Below are positions 28,213 through 37,436 of a stretch of DNA of 64,000 nucleotides, piece after piece. Both the position numbers and the translations under genes were made by a program. Location: the NCBI GenBank assembly GCA_022703585.1, contig JAKLDJ010000005.1, positions 69,353 to 133,352 of the forward strand. Direction: 5' to 3'. Position 1 is the stretch's first letter. Every line of letters starts with the position of its first letter. The notes below the pieces were generated by a model. It searched no databases. It had not been told where the DNA came from and was given only the letters and a program-made list of their open reading frames with translations. The DNA is from Candidatus Omnitrophota bacterium. Its GTDB lineage: Bacteria > Omnitrophota > Gorgyraeia > Zapsychrales > JAKLDJ01.

Positions 28213-30344
28213 TCACCGCTCCAGGGGATAAACCGGAATAAGACAATATTCTCTCCCTTGGGCAACCAAACCCCTTTAAAGGCGTAGTTAGCCCGGTACA
28301 AAGGCACCATTTTGCCATTAATAAACGCCTTCCATCCGGAATGAAAACTGTCGTTATAAACCAGGAATTTTTCCGTATCAAAATTTGTTTTTAGCTTCAG
28401 GGAATTAACGGTATATCCTAAAAGGCTCAGCTTATCGGAACCACCGGTTATGAATAAAGGCTCCTTGGTCGACGGCGCATTTTCCTTGACCGGCATTCCG
28501 GATTTCTGCCCGCTGTCTTGTGATGCGATAAATGCCGTATTTTGATTACGCCTAAAGGCTTCGCGCAGACTGTCAAAATCCCCATGACCCAGCCACGCCG
28601 TATTATCGTAGACGACAAATTTATATTTCACATACCCCTTAAGGTCTTCCTTGCTGATTTTTTGAGATAATTCATACGACCAGCGGGTCGGGAAACTATA
28701 CCGGTAGGCGATGAATCCAGGGGAATCCTGCATCGAAAGAATATGCCGGTTAAAGATATACGTCGGCTCAAGGCCTTCGAGATTTGCGTCCTGATCCCTG
28801 GGGTATTCAGGCCGCATAAACGAAAACGACGGCTTATTGTATCCCTGGGTTACGCCATCACGAATAACGGGGTTTTGCATTTCGCGAGCACTTCCGGCAT
28901 AGGCACCGATAATGTCGACCGGCTGCACCATCATCAAGACAACAACGCCGACCATCCACAATTTCTGCGTCCTTTTCGACAAACCGAGAACATGGACAAC
29001 AAAGAAAAGATAGCCGAGCCAGAACGTCAGATAGGACGACTCTGCGACGCCTTCCTGGTACTTAAGAAAAATAAGGAATAAGGCAAAGGCCATCGTTATC
29101 ATTCCGATCGCAGCGTACTTCCCGGCCCGCTGGCTATATTTCTCCTCGACAAACACCCTTAAGCAATCGGCGACAAATACGATATAAATCGAGATTACAA
29201 AGGGGGTAAAGAAATAAAGATTGCGAAATAGCTTAAAATAAAAAAGATGTTCGAATAAAAACCGGTGCACCGGACTGGCATTGGCTAACGCGATTAAAAA
29301 CAGCACAAATCCCCAGCCTGCCAATAGCACGCTTCTTTTTCTTAGCATCGCCCCCAAAGAAATCAGCAGAATTAGAAAGCTAAAGAACGGAACAAAGATA
29401 AATCCATCATTGTCATATGAGATGCCGTGCTGGTCGGAAAATAATTGACGCCAGGTCATTTTTTCGCTTAGGCCCCCTCTTTTTAATTCATCATACGCCA
29501 TCACCGCGCCTTTGCTAAAAGTTGAGGCGTCGTCAAAATGCCGGGTGGGAATAACCGCATCCGCAGAGGACATCGATTTGTAGGTTAAAACCGGCGGCAG
29601 GAGCGAAACCGCCAAAACCAGTACGCACGCCGATAACAGAATTTTGTTAATCTTAGCGAAGGCAATAAATTCAAGAAAGATTTGCTTTATCCGCAAAGGA
29701 TACAGGGCAACGAAGAAAATCAGAAAAATAAGAAAAACAGTCAGAAAGTAAAATGGCAGATAAGTAGTTAGGATTAAGACCAGGCTGGCCGTAAGCCCAA
29801 AGAGAAACTGTTTCTGCCACGCCCGAGCCAAACGAATCAGAAAATAAAAAAACCAGACCGCCGGAACCCACAGTAACAGCATGGTCACCTGATTAAAGAT
29901 CGTCATCCCGGCCGAAGAAAACATTAGCATGACAAATCCCGCATACGCCGCAAAATGATTCTTAATCAATTCTTTAAGCAAGAGGTAGAAACCGACAAGT
30001 CCGAAGAAATAATATAAAGTCAGCATCGCCACAGATGAATGATAAAGACTGACACCTAATCCGTTAAGCAGAAAAATAAAGGACATGAGCGGATTATAAA
30101 TCCCGCACTGTCTCAAATTAACCTCGTAGAACATGCCCCAGAGCACATACGGATCCCACAACGGGTACGTTCCGCTACGGATATTATCCAGAAAAAATTT
30201 GACACCCCCTCCGTACCAGGAAAAGGTGTCGTTGGTGATTGTTGCCTTTCCGGAAATAAAATCCCGAAAGAGAAAAAGCCACAGCAAAAACGGCAAAAGC
30301 AGCTTTAACGAAGGCCAAATATATTTTTTAAAGGTATCGTTCAA
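28125..30344 (-). CDS. YfhO-like polytopic membrane protein (paralogue of 18196..20919)
   Basis: 739 aa. TM-rich N-terminal half, GTYPLWDPY motif, and a C-terminal extracytoplasmic domain. Confidence 0.6.
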   Translation of the reverse strand: MNDTFKKYIWPSLKLLLPFLLWLFLFRDFISGKATITNDTFSWYGGGVKFFLDNIRSGTYPLWDPYVLWGMFYEVNLRQCGIYNPLMSFIFLLNGLGVSLYHSSVAMLTLYYFFGLVGFYLLLKELIKNHFAAYAGFVMLMFSSAGMTIFNQVTMLLLWVPAVWFFYFLIRLARAWQKQFLFGLTASLVLILTTYLPFYFLTVFLIFLIFFVALYPLRIKQIFLEFIAFAKINKILLSACVLVLAVSLLPPVLTYKSMSSADAVIPTRHFDDASTFSKGAVMAYDELKRGGLSEKMTWRQLFSDQHGISYDNDGFIFVPFFSFLILLISLGAMLRKRSVLLAGWGFVLFLIALANASPVHRFLFEHLFYFKLFRNLYFFTPFVISIYIVFVADCLRVFVEEKYSQRAGKYAAIGMITMAFALFLIFLKYQEGVAESSYLTFWLGYLFFVVHVLGLSKRTQKLWMVGVVVLMMVQPVDIIGAYAGSAREMQNPVIRDGVTQGYNKPSFSFMRPEYPRDQDANLEGLEPTYIFNRHILSMQDSPGFIAYRYSFPTRWSYELSQKISKEDLKGYVKYKFVVYDNTAWLGHGDFDSLREAFRRNQNTAFIASQDSGQKSGMPVKENAPSTKEPLFITGGSDKLSLLGYTVNSLKLKTNFDTEKFLVYNDSFHSGWKAFINGKMVPLYRANYAFKGVWLPKGENIVLFRFIPWSGEWLYFSLFFFFLAFFAFTVFQLCRGGIKT

Positions 30345-30345
30345 C

Positions 30346-30888
30346 TCATTTCCCTTCAGCTATTTTCCGTAGCTTGCCGACGATGATGTCGCTCACCGTA
30401 AAATAGTTTTTGCGATTTTTTACCCGGTAAACCCCATCTTTTAATTCAATTTCTCCCGACGACACCAGCCGATCCAGCCGCCTGTCAACGACCGTCCGGG
30501 CATTGTAACGGCTGAGAAGCTCCCGGGGCAGCATGCCGCGGGGGAATTCTTTATATAGTTCTCGTAGTACGCGCAGACGAACCGACGACTCGTAAGGGCC
30601 AAAAACCAGAACAATGTAATGAAAAGTCACCAGAAGATACACCCCGGCCGATAGAATCAGACAAAGCCCTTTGGCCCCAAAAACCATCTGAGCCGATACC
30701 TCCGGATTCTTTAGAAATAAGATAATCCCTCCTGCAATATTTACGGCCAGGCCCAGAATAACAAGATTCATCAGCCAACGCAAAACCTCTTTAGAGCTGA
30801 CAAACCGGCAGGAGAAAAATTGCACCACGGCAAAGAACAAAAATGAGGCCAGGGCGTTGATCAGTACAGCCATATCAAAGACACTCAT
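30346..30888 (-). CDS. Small membrane protein with C-terminal winged-helix-like domain
   Basis: 180 aa. Three N-terminal TM helices are followed by a soluble ~80-aa region (LRVLRELYKEFPRGMLPRELLSR...GEIELKDGVYRV) resembling a wHTH. Confidence 0.5.
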   Translation of the reverse strand: MSVFDMAVLINALASFLFFAVVQFFSCRFVSSKEVLRWLMNLVILGLAVNIAGGIILFLKNPEVSAQMVFGAKGLCLILSAGVYLLVTFHYIVLVFGPYESSVRLRVLRELYKEFPRGMLPRELLSRYNARTVVDRRLDRLVSSGEIELKDGVYRVKNRKNYFTVSDIIVGKLRKIAEGK

Positions 30889-31406
30889 TATCCGCCTGCC
30901 TCCCTGCCCGTAAGCACCTGATATGCATTTAAGGCTTTAGCAACAACAATCCCACGAGCTGTCAGGCAATAGGCCCCTTCCTTCATCTGGATATAACGGC
31001 AGCGCAACAAATCATCAATGCGGGGAATAATGATCTCGCTATCGGAAATACACGACGCGAGCTCCTCATAGCCAATGCCATCATGCTCGTGAATAATCCT
31101 TAAGATCTTTTGGGTTGGGCTTTCCACGCGGGTATTAAAATACAGCGCCAGGTAGATGGGAATAAGCAAAATATAAACAACCGCGGCACTCAATGCCAAC
31201 GGCAAATTCCATAGATTAACCGCTCTATCAGCCGAAGACCCATAAAAAAATAAATGTGCCAGCGCTCCATAGTAAAGCAAACCTACTAGCGAAAAAAACG
31301 CAAACGGAGCGATCTGCAACCTGTTCTTAGGAAAAACCCGGCACCATAGTATATGCATTAAAACCGCGATGCAAAATATGGACAGAGTTGCCAAAACGTA
31401 AAACAT
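30888..31406 (-). CDS. Small membrane protein with C-terminal winged-helix-like domain (paralogous architecture)
   Basis: 172 aa. N-terminal TM helices, then ILRIIHEHDGIGYEELAS...RYIQMKEGAYCLTARG, which is MarR-like. Confidence 0.5.
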   Translation of the reverse strand: MFYVLATLSIFCIAVLMHILWCRVFPKNRLQIAPFAFFSLVGLLYYGALAHLFFYGSSADRAVNLWNLPLALSAAVVYILLIPIYLALYFNTRVESPTQKILRIIHEHDGIGYEELASCISDSEIIIPRIDDLLRCRYIQMKEGAYCLTARGIVVAKALNAYQVLTGREAGG

Positions 31407-32122
31407 TATTTCCCCGCCTTATCTTTTTCTGGAAAGTAAATATCCTTGACCAAAATAAAAATGGCCTTCGAAACGCTTCTAAGGCTTCGTAGCGTCAGTG
31501 CCGTCGATTTTCCTTCTTTTCTGCCGGTATGGTGAAAGCAGACTTGTTTATAAGTGCAGCCAGATTTGATCATCCTGACCAGACATTCCGCGATCGCGGT
31601 CAGGCCGGACGATTTGATAGTGACGGATTGGATCGCTTGGCGCCGGCAGATAAACAGCCCGTTATAATATTTAAGCTTTAACCCAAAAAGACAATTCATT
31701 ACCAAAACAAATGTCTTTGAAATCATCCGCCGCAGCAGGCTGCGGTTTCGCGTGTCTTCCATGTAGGTAAAAATCAAATCGACATTATCGATTTGGCCGA
31801 TAATATCTTTTAGCGACTGCGCCGAGGCGTCATTGTCTCCAGGAAATCCGGTTACATAACTCTTGGTCGCCGCCCGTACCCCCGTCGAGAAAGCGCAACC
31901 AAATCCCTTGTTGGCCTCATGATGGATAACGTTTATCCGCGGATTGGCTTTCGCCTTGGCCTCGGCCAGCGCGCCGGTACGATCATGGCTGCCGTCATTG
32001 ACCACCACAATTTCATAGTCATCGGGCAGGCTGCCGACCGCTTGAACCACGTTATCAATGGCCGCTTCGATGTTCTTTTCTTCGTTAAACGCGGCAATGA
32101 CAATGGAAACATCCTTAGACAT
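31406..32122 (-). CDS. GT2 polyprenyl-phosphate glycosyltransferase
   Basis: I moved the start to the internal ATG at 32122 (an AAGGAG RBS lies 6 nt upstream), which avoids overlap with the preceding gene. Motifs VSIVIAAFNEE and VVNDGSHD. Confidence 0.75.
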   Translation of the reverse strand: MSKDVSIVIAAFNEEKNIEAAIDNVVQAVGSLPDDYEIVVVNDGSHDRTGALAEAKAKANPRINVIHHEANKGFGCAFSTGVRAATKSYVTGFPGDNDASAQSLKDIIGQIDNVDLIFTYMEDTRNRSLLRRMISKTFVLVMNCLFGLKLKYYNGLFICRRQAIQSVTIKSSGLTAIAECLVRMIKSGCTYKQVCFHHTGRKEGKSTALTLRSLRSVSKAIFILVKDIYFPEKDKAGK

Positions 32123-32132
32123 CAGAAACTCC

Positions 32133-33161
32133 TTAAGAAAACCGGATAATAATTCTTCCTGCCCGGCCCTGCTCGAGCGTTGCCAGGGCTTTATTGATTT
32201 GGGCAAACTTAAAACGGTGAGTGATCAATCTGCCAAGCGGAAATTTTCCGGCGCGGTACGCCCTTACAAAAAGAGGAAAATCCCTGTCAGGAACGGTCTC
32301 CCCGCCCCAGGTGCCGATAATTCGTTTGCCCTTGATTAGGTCAAAAGGGTTGATCGATATTTCCTGGTCATGCCTTAAATTGCCGGCAATGACCGCGGTC
32401 CCCTTGTCCCGAATCGCTTTAAAACAAGCCTCCATCCCCTCTTTTGTGCCCGAGGCCTCGAGGGCATAATCAACGCCGCCGGGGACAATTGCCTTTACGG
32501 ACGCATCAATATCTTTGCGGAAAATGAGGGCATGGGTTGCGCCCAACTTTTTAGCAAAAGAAATCTTTTCCTTTTGGGCGTCGATAGCGATTATCTTCGA
32601 ACACCCCTTTAACCGCGCGGCAAGGATAGCGCTGGCGCCGATACCTCCGGCACCAAAGATAGCAATCGTTGAGCCCTTGGATACGTTTAAAGTATTTAAA
32701 ACAATTCCCGCGCCTGTGGCCACCGCGCAGCCCAAAAGCGCCGCTTTATCCGGCGGAATCGTTTTGGGGATTTTGGTTAAACGGTTTTCGGCAATGACCG
32801 CGTGCTCGCAAAATGTGGCGATCGCTCCCGAATTAATGATTTGGTTGCCGGCTTTGTACTGAGTTCCGGCCGCATCCAAACCGCTTCCCTTAATCCACGA
32901 AAGAACGACATAATCATTCTTTTTTACTTTGCGCACCCCCTTGCCGGTTGCCACAACCACCCCTGCCCCTTCATGGCCCATCATATGCGGCAGATAACGG
33001 TCGGGGCCTTTGAAGCCTTTTATTTCATTGAGCTGGCTGCGGCACAGGCCGCTGGCAAGCACCTTGACCAAAACCTGGCCTTGGCTCAACGGCGGAATTT
33101 CAACCTCACGTATCACCAGAGGCGAATGAAGTTTATAAAGTATGGCTGCTTTTGTTTTCAT
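32133..33161 (-). CDS. Zn-dependent alcohol dehydrogenase (MDR family)
   Basis: GHEGAGVV and the Rossmann motif GAGGIGASAI. The start was moved to the internal Met (MKTKAAIL). Confidence 0.8.
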   Translation of the reverse strand: MKTKAAILYKLHSPLVIREVEIPPLSQGQVLVKVLASGLCRSQLNEIKGFKGPDRYLPHMMGHEGAGVVVATGKGVRKVKKNDYVVLSWIKGSGLDAAGTQYKAGNQIINSGAIATFCEHAVIAENRLTKIPKTIPPDKAALLGCAVATGAGIVLNTLNVSKGSTIAIFGAGGIGASAILAARLKGCSKIIAIDAQKEKISFAKKLGATHALIFRKDIDASVKAIVPGGVDYALEASGTKEGMEACFKAIRDKGTAVIAGNLRHDQEISINPFDLIKGKRIIGTWGGETVPDRDFPLFVRAYRAGKFPLGRLITHRFKFAQINKALATLEQGRAGRIIIRFS

Positions 33162-33166
33162 ACATT

Positions 33167-33826
33167 TTAATCCGCGATGAACCAAAAATAGTCCCCGGTG
33201 TAACCGACTTCACGAAACATCTTCACCCAATCATCCACATGCATCATGGTTTCGGCGGTTAAAACCCACTTTAATAAATTCTCACGCTCAGTTTCATTTC
33301 GCCAGGCATCAACCGTAATGTAACTACTGCCCCGGCATACGCGCTGAATCTCTCTGAGGGCGGTTTTAAGGCGCTCCAAGGGAAGATTGTGAATAGAATT
33401 AATCGAAATAACCAGGTCAAAGGATTTGTCCGCGTAGGGAAGTTTCTCAGCACTGGCGATTTTTAGAAACGGTTTAACCGAAGGCATGGCATGTTCTATC
33501 GCATAAGTGCTGACATCGATTCCGGCCACGGTCGCCTGCGGCATCAGCTCTTTGAAATCATGAAGCATAAATCCCTTGCCGCATCCGATATCCAGAATAG
33601 CCGCCGTCTCGGAGAGATTATAAAAATCCTTCAGCCTTTTAACCACCGGTTTCCAGCGACCGTCGTAACGGTACCCTCCGTAACCGCAGCGCCGGTCGCC
33701 GTCAAAGAAATCTTTTCCGAACTGTTTCGCTATTTTTACGATCTCCGGGGTCTTTTCCCGCGCCCGCGCGTCGTAATCCCGCACTGTCTTCGGGTGCTGG
33801 CTCAACAGATTGATTTCTTGTCCCAT
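33167..33826 (-). CDS. Class I SAM-dependent methyltransferase
   Basis: ILDIGCGKG motif I. This is a tandem paralogue of the next gene; they share the blocks FGK/REYFDGDR..GYGGY and DLVISIN. Confidence 0.75.
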   Translation of the reverse strand: MGQEINLLSQHPKTVRDYDARAREKTPEIVKIAKQFGKDFFDGDRRCGYGGYRYDGRWKPVVKRLKDFYNLSETAAILDIGCGKGFMLHDFKELMPQATVAGIDVSTYAIEHAMPSVKPFLKIASAEKLPYADKSFDLVISINSIHNLPLERLKTALREIQRVCRGSSYITVDAWRNETERENLLKWVLTAETMMHVDDWVKMFREVGYTGDYFWFIAD

Positions 33827-33841
33827 TTTCTAAGCGTCTTT

Positions 33842-34564
33842 CTATTCAGCGATAAACCACCAGTAATCACCGGTATAACCTGCTTCAGAGAATAATTTTT
33901 TCCATTCATCCGTATGCATATAGGTCAGGGCGGTCAGGTTCCATTTTAACAACAGCTCCCGTTCCTCCTCCGTACGCCAGGCGTGCACCGAAATAAAAGC
34001 ATTCTTTCGGGAGACGCGCTGGATTTCTTTTAAAGCCTGTCTGCATTCTTCTAAAGGCAAATGATCGATGGTATTGATCGAAATAACGAGGTCAAAGGAT
34101 TTGTCGGGATAAGGCAGCTGACGGGCATTGCCCACTTTAATAAAAGGCTTCATCTCGGCAAGCGCATGGTCATAGGCATATTGAGAAATATCAAGCCCTG
34201 ACACCGATAGTCCGGGTAAGAGCTTCTTAAAATCATTCAGCATAAAACCCTTGGCGCAACCCACGTCCAGAATCGACGAAGTGTTTGCAAGTTTGTAATG
34301 CTCCGATATTTTTTTAACCGTATCCGTCCAAAACCGGGGATGATAATAATATCCGCCGTATCCGTATAGCCGGTCACCGTCAAAATATTCTCGTCCAAAC
34401 TGCCGCGCTATGGACAGCATTTTATGCTCTAAGAGAATGTCGGTATTGTCCGGCTGTTTTACTTCGGATGAAAGCCAGTCGCCCCCTGCCAACCGCCGCT
34501 TGCCCCGTTCTTCAATAGGCCGTTTTGAACGGGGATAAAGATCCAGTAAATTTATTTCTGCCAT
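33842..34564 (-). CDS. Class I SAM-dependent methyltransferase (tandem paralogue)
   Basis: ILDVGCAKG motif I. The C-terminus ends ...GYTGDYWWFIAE, against ...GYTGDYFWFIAD in its neighbour. Confidence 0.75.
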   Translation of the reverse strand: MAEINLLDLYPRSKRPIEERGKRRLAGGDWLSSEVKQPDNTDILLEHKMLSIARQFGREYFDGDRLYGYGGYYYHPRFWTDTVKKISEHYKLANTSSILDVGCAKGFMLNDFKKLLPGLSVSGLDISQYAYDHALAEMKPFIKVGNARQLPYPDKSFDLVISINTIDHLPLEECRQALKEIQRVSRKNAFISVHAWRTEEERELLLKWNLTALTYMHTDEWKKLFSEAGYTGDYWWFIAE

Positions 34565-34578
34565 TTTTCCTCTTATTC

Positions 34579-36393
34579 CTATCTCGATATCGGCTTCACA
34601 ATCATATTGCTCATAAATTCATTCTGACTTAATAACGGCTCCATGTCTTCCAGAGGCCGGGCCGCGTACGAGCCGTCCTCTCTTTGACGAAAACCCATGC
34701 GCGGAATCAGTTGCTGATCCTTTGAAATCATAATCTCGCACAAAACCGGCCCTTTGCCTTTAAGCACATGGCAAAGTTTTTTAACCAGCTCACCGTGATT
34801 GCTGATTCGTACCGCTTTGATACCATAGGCCCGAGAAACCTTTTTAAAATCGGGCAGGCTCACTCCCCCCTTTTTTCCAGAGCCCACATAACGGGATGAA
34901 AAAAATCCGTCCTGGGTATGTCGAATGGCTAAATAGCCGTCATTGTTAAAAACAAATATCTTTACCGGAAGCCGGTGATGGGCAATAGTCTGTAACTCAT
35001 GAATATTAAATTGCATACTCCCGTCGCCGACAATACAGATGGTGCGCTTACGGTTATTGGCAAAACAGGCGCCGATACTTTCCGGTAGTCCGGAACCCAT
35101 GGCACCGATCCCTGCCGAGGTAATAATACGCTGACCCTGCTTAATCCGCATGCCTTGAAACGGCATATACAACCCCGTCCCGCCTCCGTCGACACAAATA
35201 ACATCATGAGCTCCCAATTCATCGGATAAGACATCCATAAGGACATAGGGATTAACAAATTTCTTTTGCCTTCCCCACTCGCGAGGCACGGCATTGTATT
35301 TTTTATAGGCTGAGCACTTCCCGGCCCAAAACTTATCGGATTTTTGCAATTTGTTTTTATTTAATCCGGATAAAACTTTATTTAAAAATAATTTGGCATC
35401 CGAGCGAATGGAAAGATCGACGCGCACGGTCCGCTTGGCTATCTCGACCGGATCGATATCCACCATGATTATTTTCGCGTCCCGGGCAAAGGCAGCGTAA
35501 TTGGTGCCGGTCAACGGAATGCTCAAATGCGATCCGATACTTAATAATAAATCACAATTTTGAACCGCCAGATTAGCCCCGCGTTGCCCGGAAATTCCCA
35601 GCCGCCCCATATACAACGGTTCTTCGGTCGGCAAAATATCGCTGGCATTCCAGGTGGAGACAAAGGGAATTTTTGTCTTTTTAATAAACTCTTTAAATTC
35701 CTGCGCCGCTCCCGCTAAGCGCACCCCGTAGCCGGCTAAGACCAGTGGCCGTTTAGATGCCGCGATAAACCGGCGGCATTGTTTTAATTGTTCCTCAGAA
35801 ACAGTTTTTCCGGCGTCCTTTTGTTTAAGCGAAGCAGGATTAAAACTTTTAAGCTTATTCGGCTCAATCATCGCCCACTGGAAATTTAAAGGAATATCGA
35901 CCCAAACCGGCCCGGGCCTCCCGGACTGTGCAATATACAACGCTTTCTGTAGCTCATATTTAATCATCCCCGGATCCTGAATCATCACCGCGTATTTTGT
36001 TAAGGGCTTGACCAGCGAAACAATATCGATCTGCTGGCTGCCTAATTGCCTTATGGGTTTATTGTGCGTGGTGTGTTCTATCCTCGCCTGCCCCGAAATA
36101 AAAATACAGGGAACGGAATCAAGCCAGGCCGCGCACAAGCCCGTAATCGCATTCGTACCTCCGGGCCCCGTGGTCACAAACGCCGCCCCCAACTGGTTAT
36201 TGACCCGGGCATAAGCCTCGGCAGCCAAAGCCGCTGCCTGTTCGTGATGGGTAAAAACCGGCATCGTCTTAGAGTTGCGGTCCGCCGAGTCGAAAAGATG
36301 AACGACCGCGCCTCCGGTCACTCCGAAGATGTGCCCGACACCTTCTTTCGCCAGAAAATCCACCACGTAATCCGAAAGTTTTATTTTAGCCAT
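34579..36393 (-). CDS. Thiamine-diphosphate enzyme, acetolactate-synthase-large-subunit-like (YerE-like?)
   Basis: 604 aa. N-terminal Pyr domain (GVTGGAVVHLFD), central domain, and a C-terminal ThDP motif (GDGSMQFNIHEL...NNDGY). Confidence 0.85.
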   Translation of the reverse strand: MAKIKLSDYVVDFLAKEGVGHIFGVTGGAVVHLFDSADRNSKTMPVFTHHEQAAALAAEAYARVNNQLGAAFVTTGPGGTNAITGLCAAWLDSVPCIFISGQARIEHTTHNKPIRQLGSQQIDIVSLVKPLTKYAVMIQDPGMIKYELQKALYIAQSGRPGPVWVDIPLNFQWAMIEPNKLKSFNPASLKQKDAGKTVSEEQLKQCRRFIAASKRPLVLAGYGVRLAGAAQEFKEFIKKTKIPFVSTWNASDILPTEEPLYMGRLGISGQRGANLAVQNCDLLLSIGSHLSIPLTGTNYAAFARDAKIIMVDIDPVEIAKRTVRVDLSIRSDAKLFLNKVLSGLNKNKLQKSDKFWAGKCSAYKKYNAVPREWGRQKKFVNPYVLMDVLSDELGAHDVICVDGGGTGLYMPFQGMRIKQGQRIITSAGIGAMGSGLPESIGACFANNRKRTICIVGDGSMQFNIHELQTIAHHRLPVKIFVFNNDGYLAIRHTQDGFFSSRYVGSGKKGGVSLPDFKKVSRAYGIKAVRISNHGELVKKLCHVLKGKGPVLCEIMISKDQQLIPRMGFRQREDGSYAARPLEDMEPLLSQNEFMSNMIVKPISR

Positions 36394-36416
36394 ATCTTAA
36401 ATTTATTTTTGTGAAC

Positions 36417-37436
36417 TTATTGCCTCTTTTCCCTCTGCTTGTCAACAAGACTAATAGCAACCTCGACGATCATGTCTTCCTGCCCGCCTACAGCCTTACG
36501 CCGGCCTAATTCAAAAAAGACATCTTTGGCATCAACGCCGTATTGCAGAGAAACCCGTTCTACATGCCGGACAAAACCGGAAAAAACCCCGGCTAAGCCG
36601 CTGACAATGCTGATCGATTTTATTCCCTTGGCGCTTGTAAATAATTCTTTGGCTGCCATATCCGCCAGATCCAGGATTTTATAAAGATCGATTCCCGTCT
36701 TATAACCCATTTTATTTAATATCGCTACGACCGCTTCCATTTGGGTGTTGCCGGCACCGGCGCCAAATCCCAAAATGCAGCAATCTAAAATAGTTGCCCC
36801 GGCCTCAATCGCAGCAACGGAATTCGCAATTGCCAGCCCGAGATTATTGTGGGCATGAAACCCCACCGGTATTTTTAGCGCACCCGCTAAAGCAGCTATC
36901 CTCTCCTTGACATCGGCGGTTATATACGCCCCGGCCGAATCCATGATAATAACGCCGTCCACGTCATACGATTGCATTTTAAGGCACTCGTCGATTAATA
37001 TTTCTTTGGAAACCATGTGGGTCATCATCAAGTTGCCGTAGGCCAGCTTCCCTTTTTCTTTGACATAATTAATATGCCTTTGGGTGGTGTCGGCTTCCGT
37101 GCAATGCGATGACACACAAACCACATCAACACCCTGCTCAATGGCAGGGCCTAAATCTTTATTGATCGTCCCGAATCCGGGAATGATAAAAACTCCTAAT
37201 TTTGAACGGCTCAATTTTCCGCGGGCACACGCGATCATTTCTTGATCCGTCAGCAGGCTTTCGCCGACCTGCAGAGATGAAGCCCCCAGGCCGTTACCGT
37301 GGCCAACCATAACAATCGGGACTCCGGCGGTCTCAGCCGCCGCACAATACGATTCTATCTGGCGTCTATCCAACTGATGGCGGATGGCATGACTGCCGTC
37401 GCGCAACGAAGAATCAATAATGAAGACATCGGTCAT
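36417..37436 (-). CDS. 4-hydroxy-2-oxovalerate aldolase (DmpG/BphI/MhpE family)
   Basis: IIDSSLRDGSHAIRHQ, HGNGLG, SHCTEAD, HAHNNLGLAIANS and VGGQEDMIVEVA closely track DmpG. The start is set at the internal Met so that it overlaps the DmpF-like stop in an ATGA junction. Confidence 0.85.
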   Translation of the reverse strand: MTDVFIIDSSLRDGSHAIRHQLDRRQIESYCAAAETAGVPIVMVGHGNGLGASSLQVGESLLTDQEMIACARGKLSRSKLGVFIIPGFGTINKDLGPAIEQGVDVVCVSSHCTEADTTQRHINYVKEKGKLAYGNLMMTHMVSKEILIDECLKMQSYDVDGVIIMDSAGAYITADVKERIAALAGALKIPVGFHAHNNLGLAIANSVAAIEAGATILDCCILGFGAGAGNTQMEAVVAILNKMGYKTGIDLYKILDLADMAAKELFTSAKGIKSISIVSGLAGVFSGFVRHVERVSLQYGVDAKDVFFELGRRKAVGGQEDMIVEVAISLVDKQREKRQ

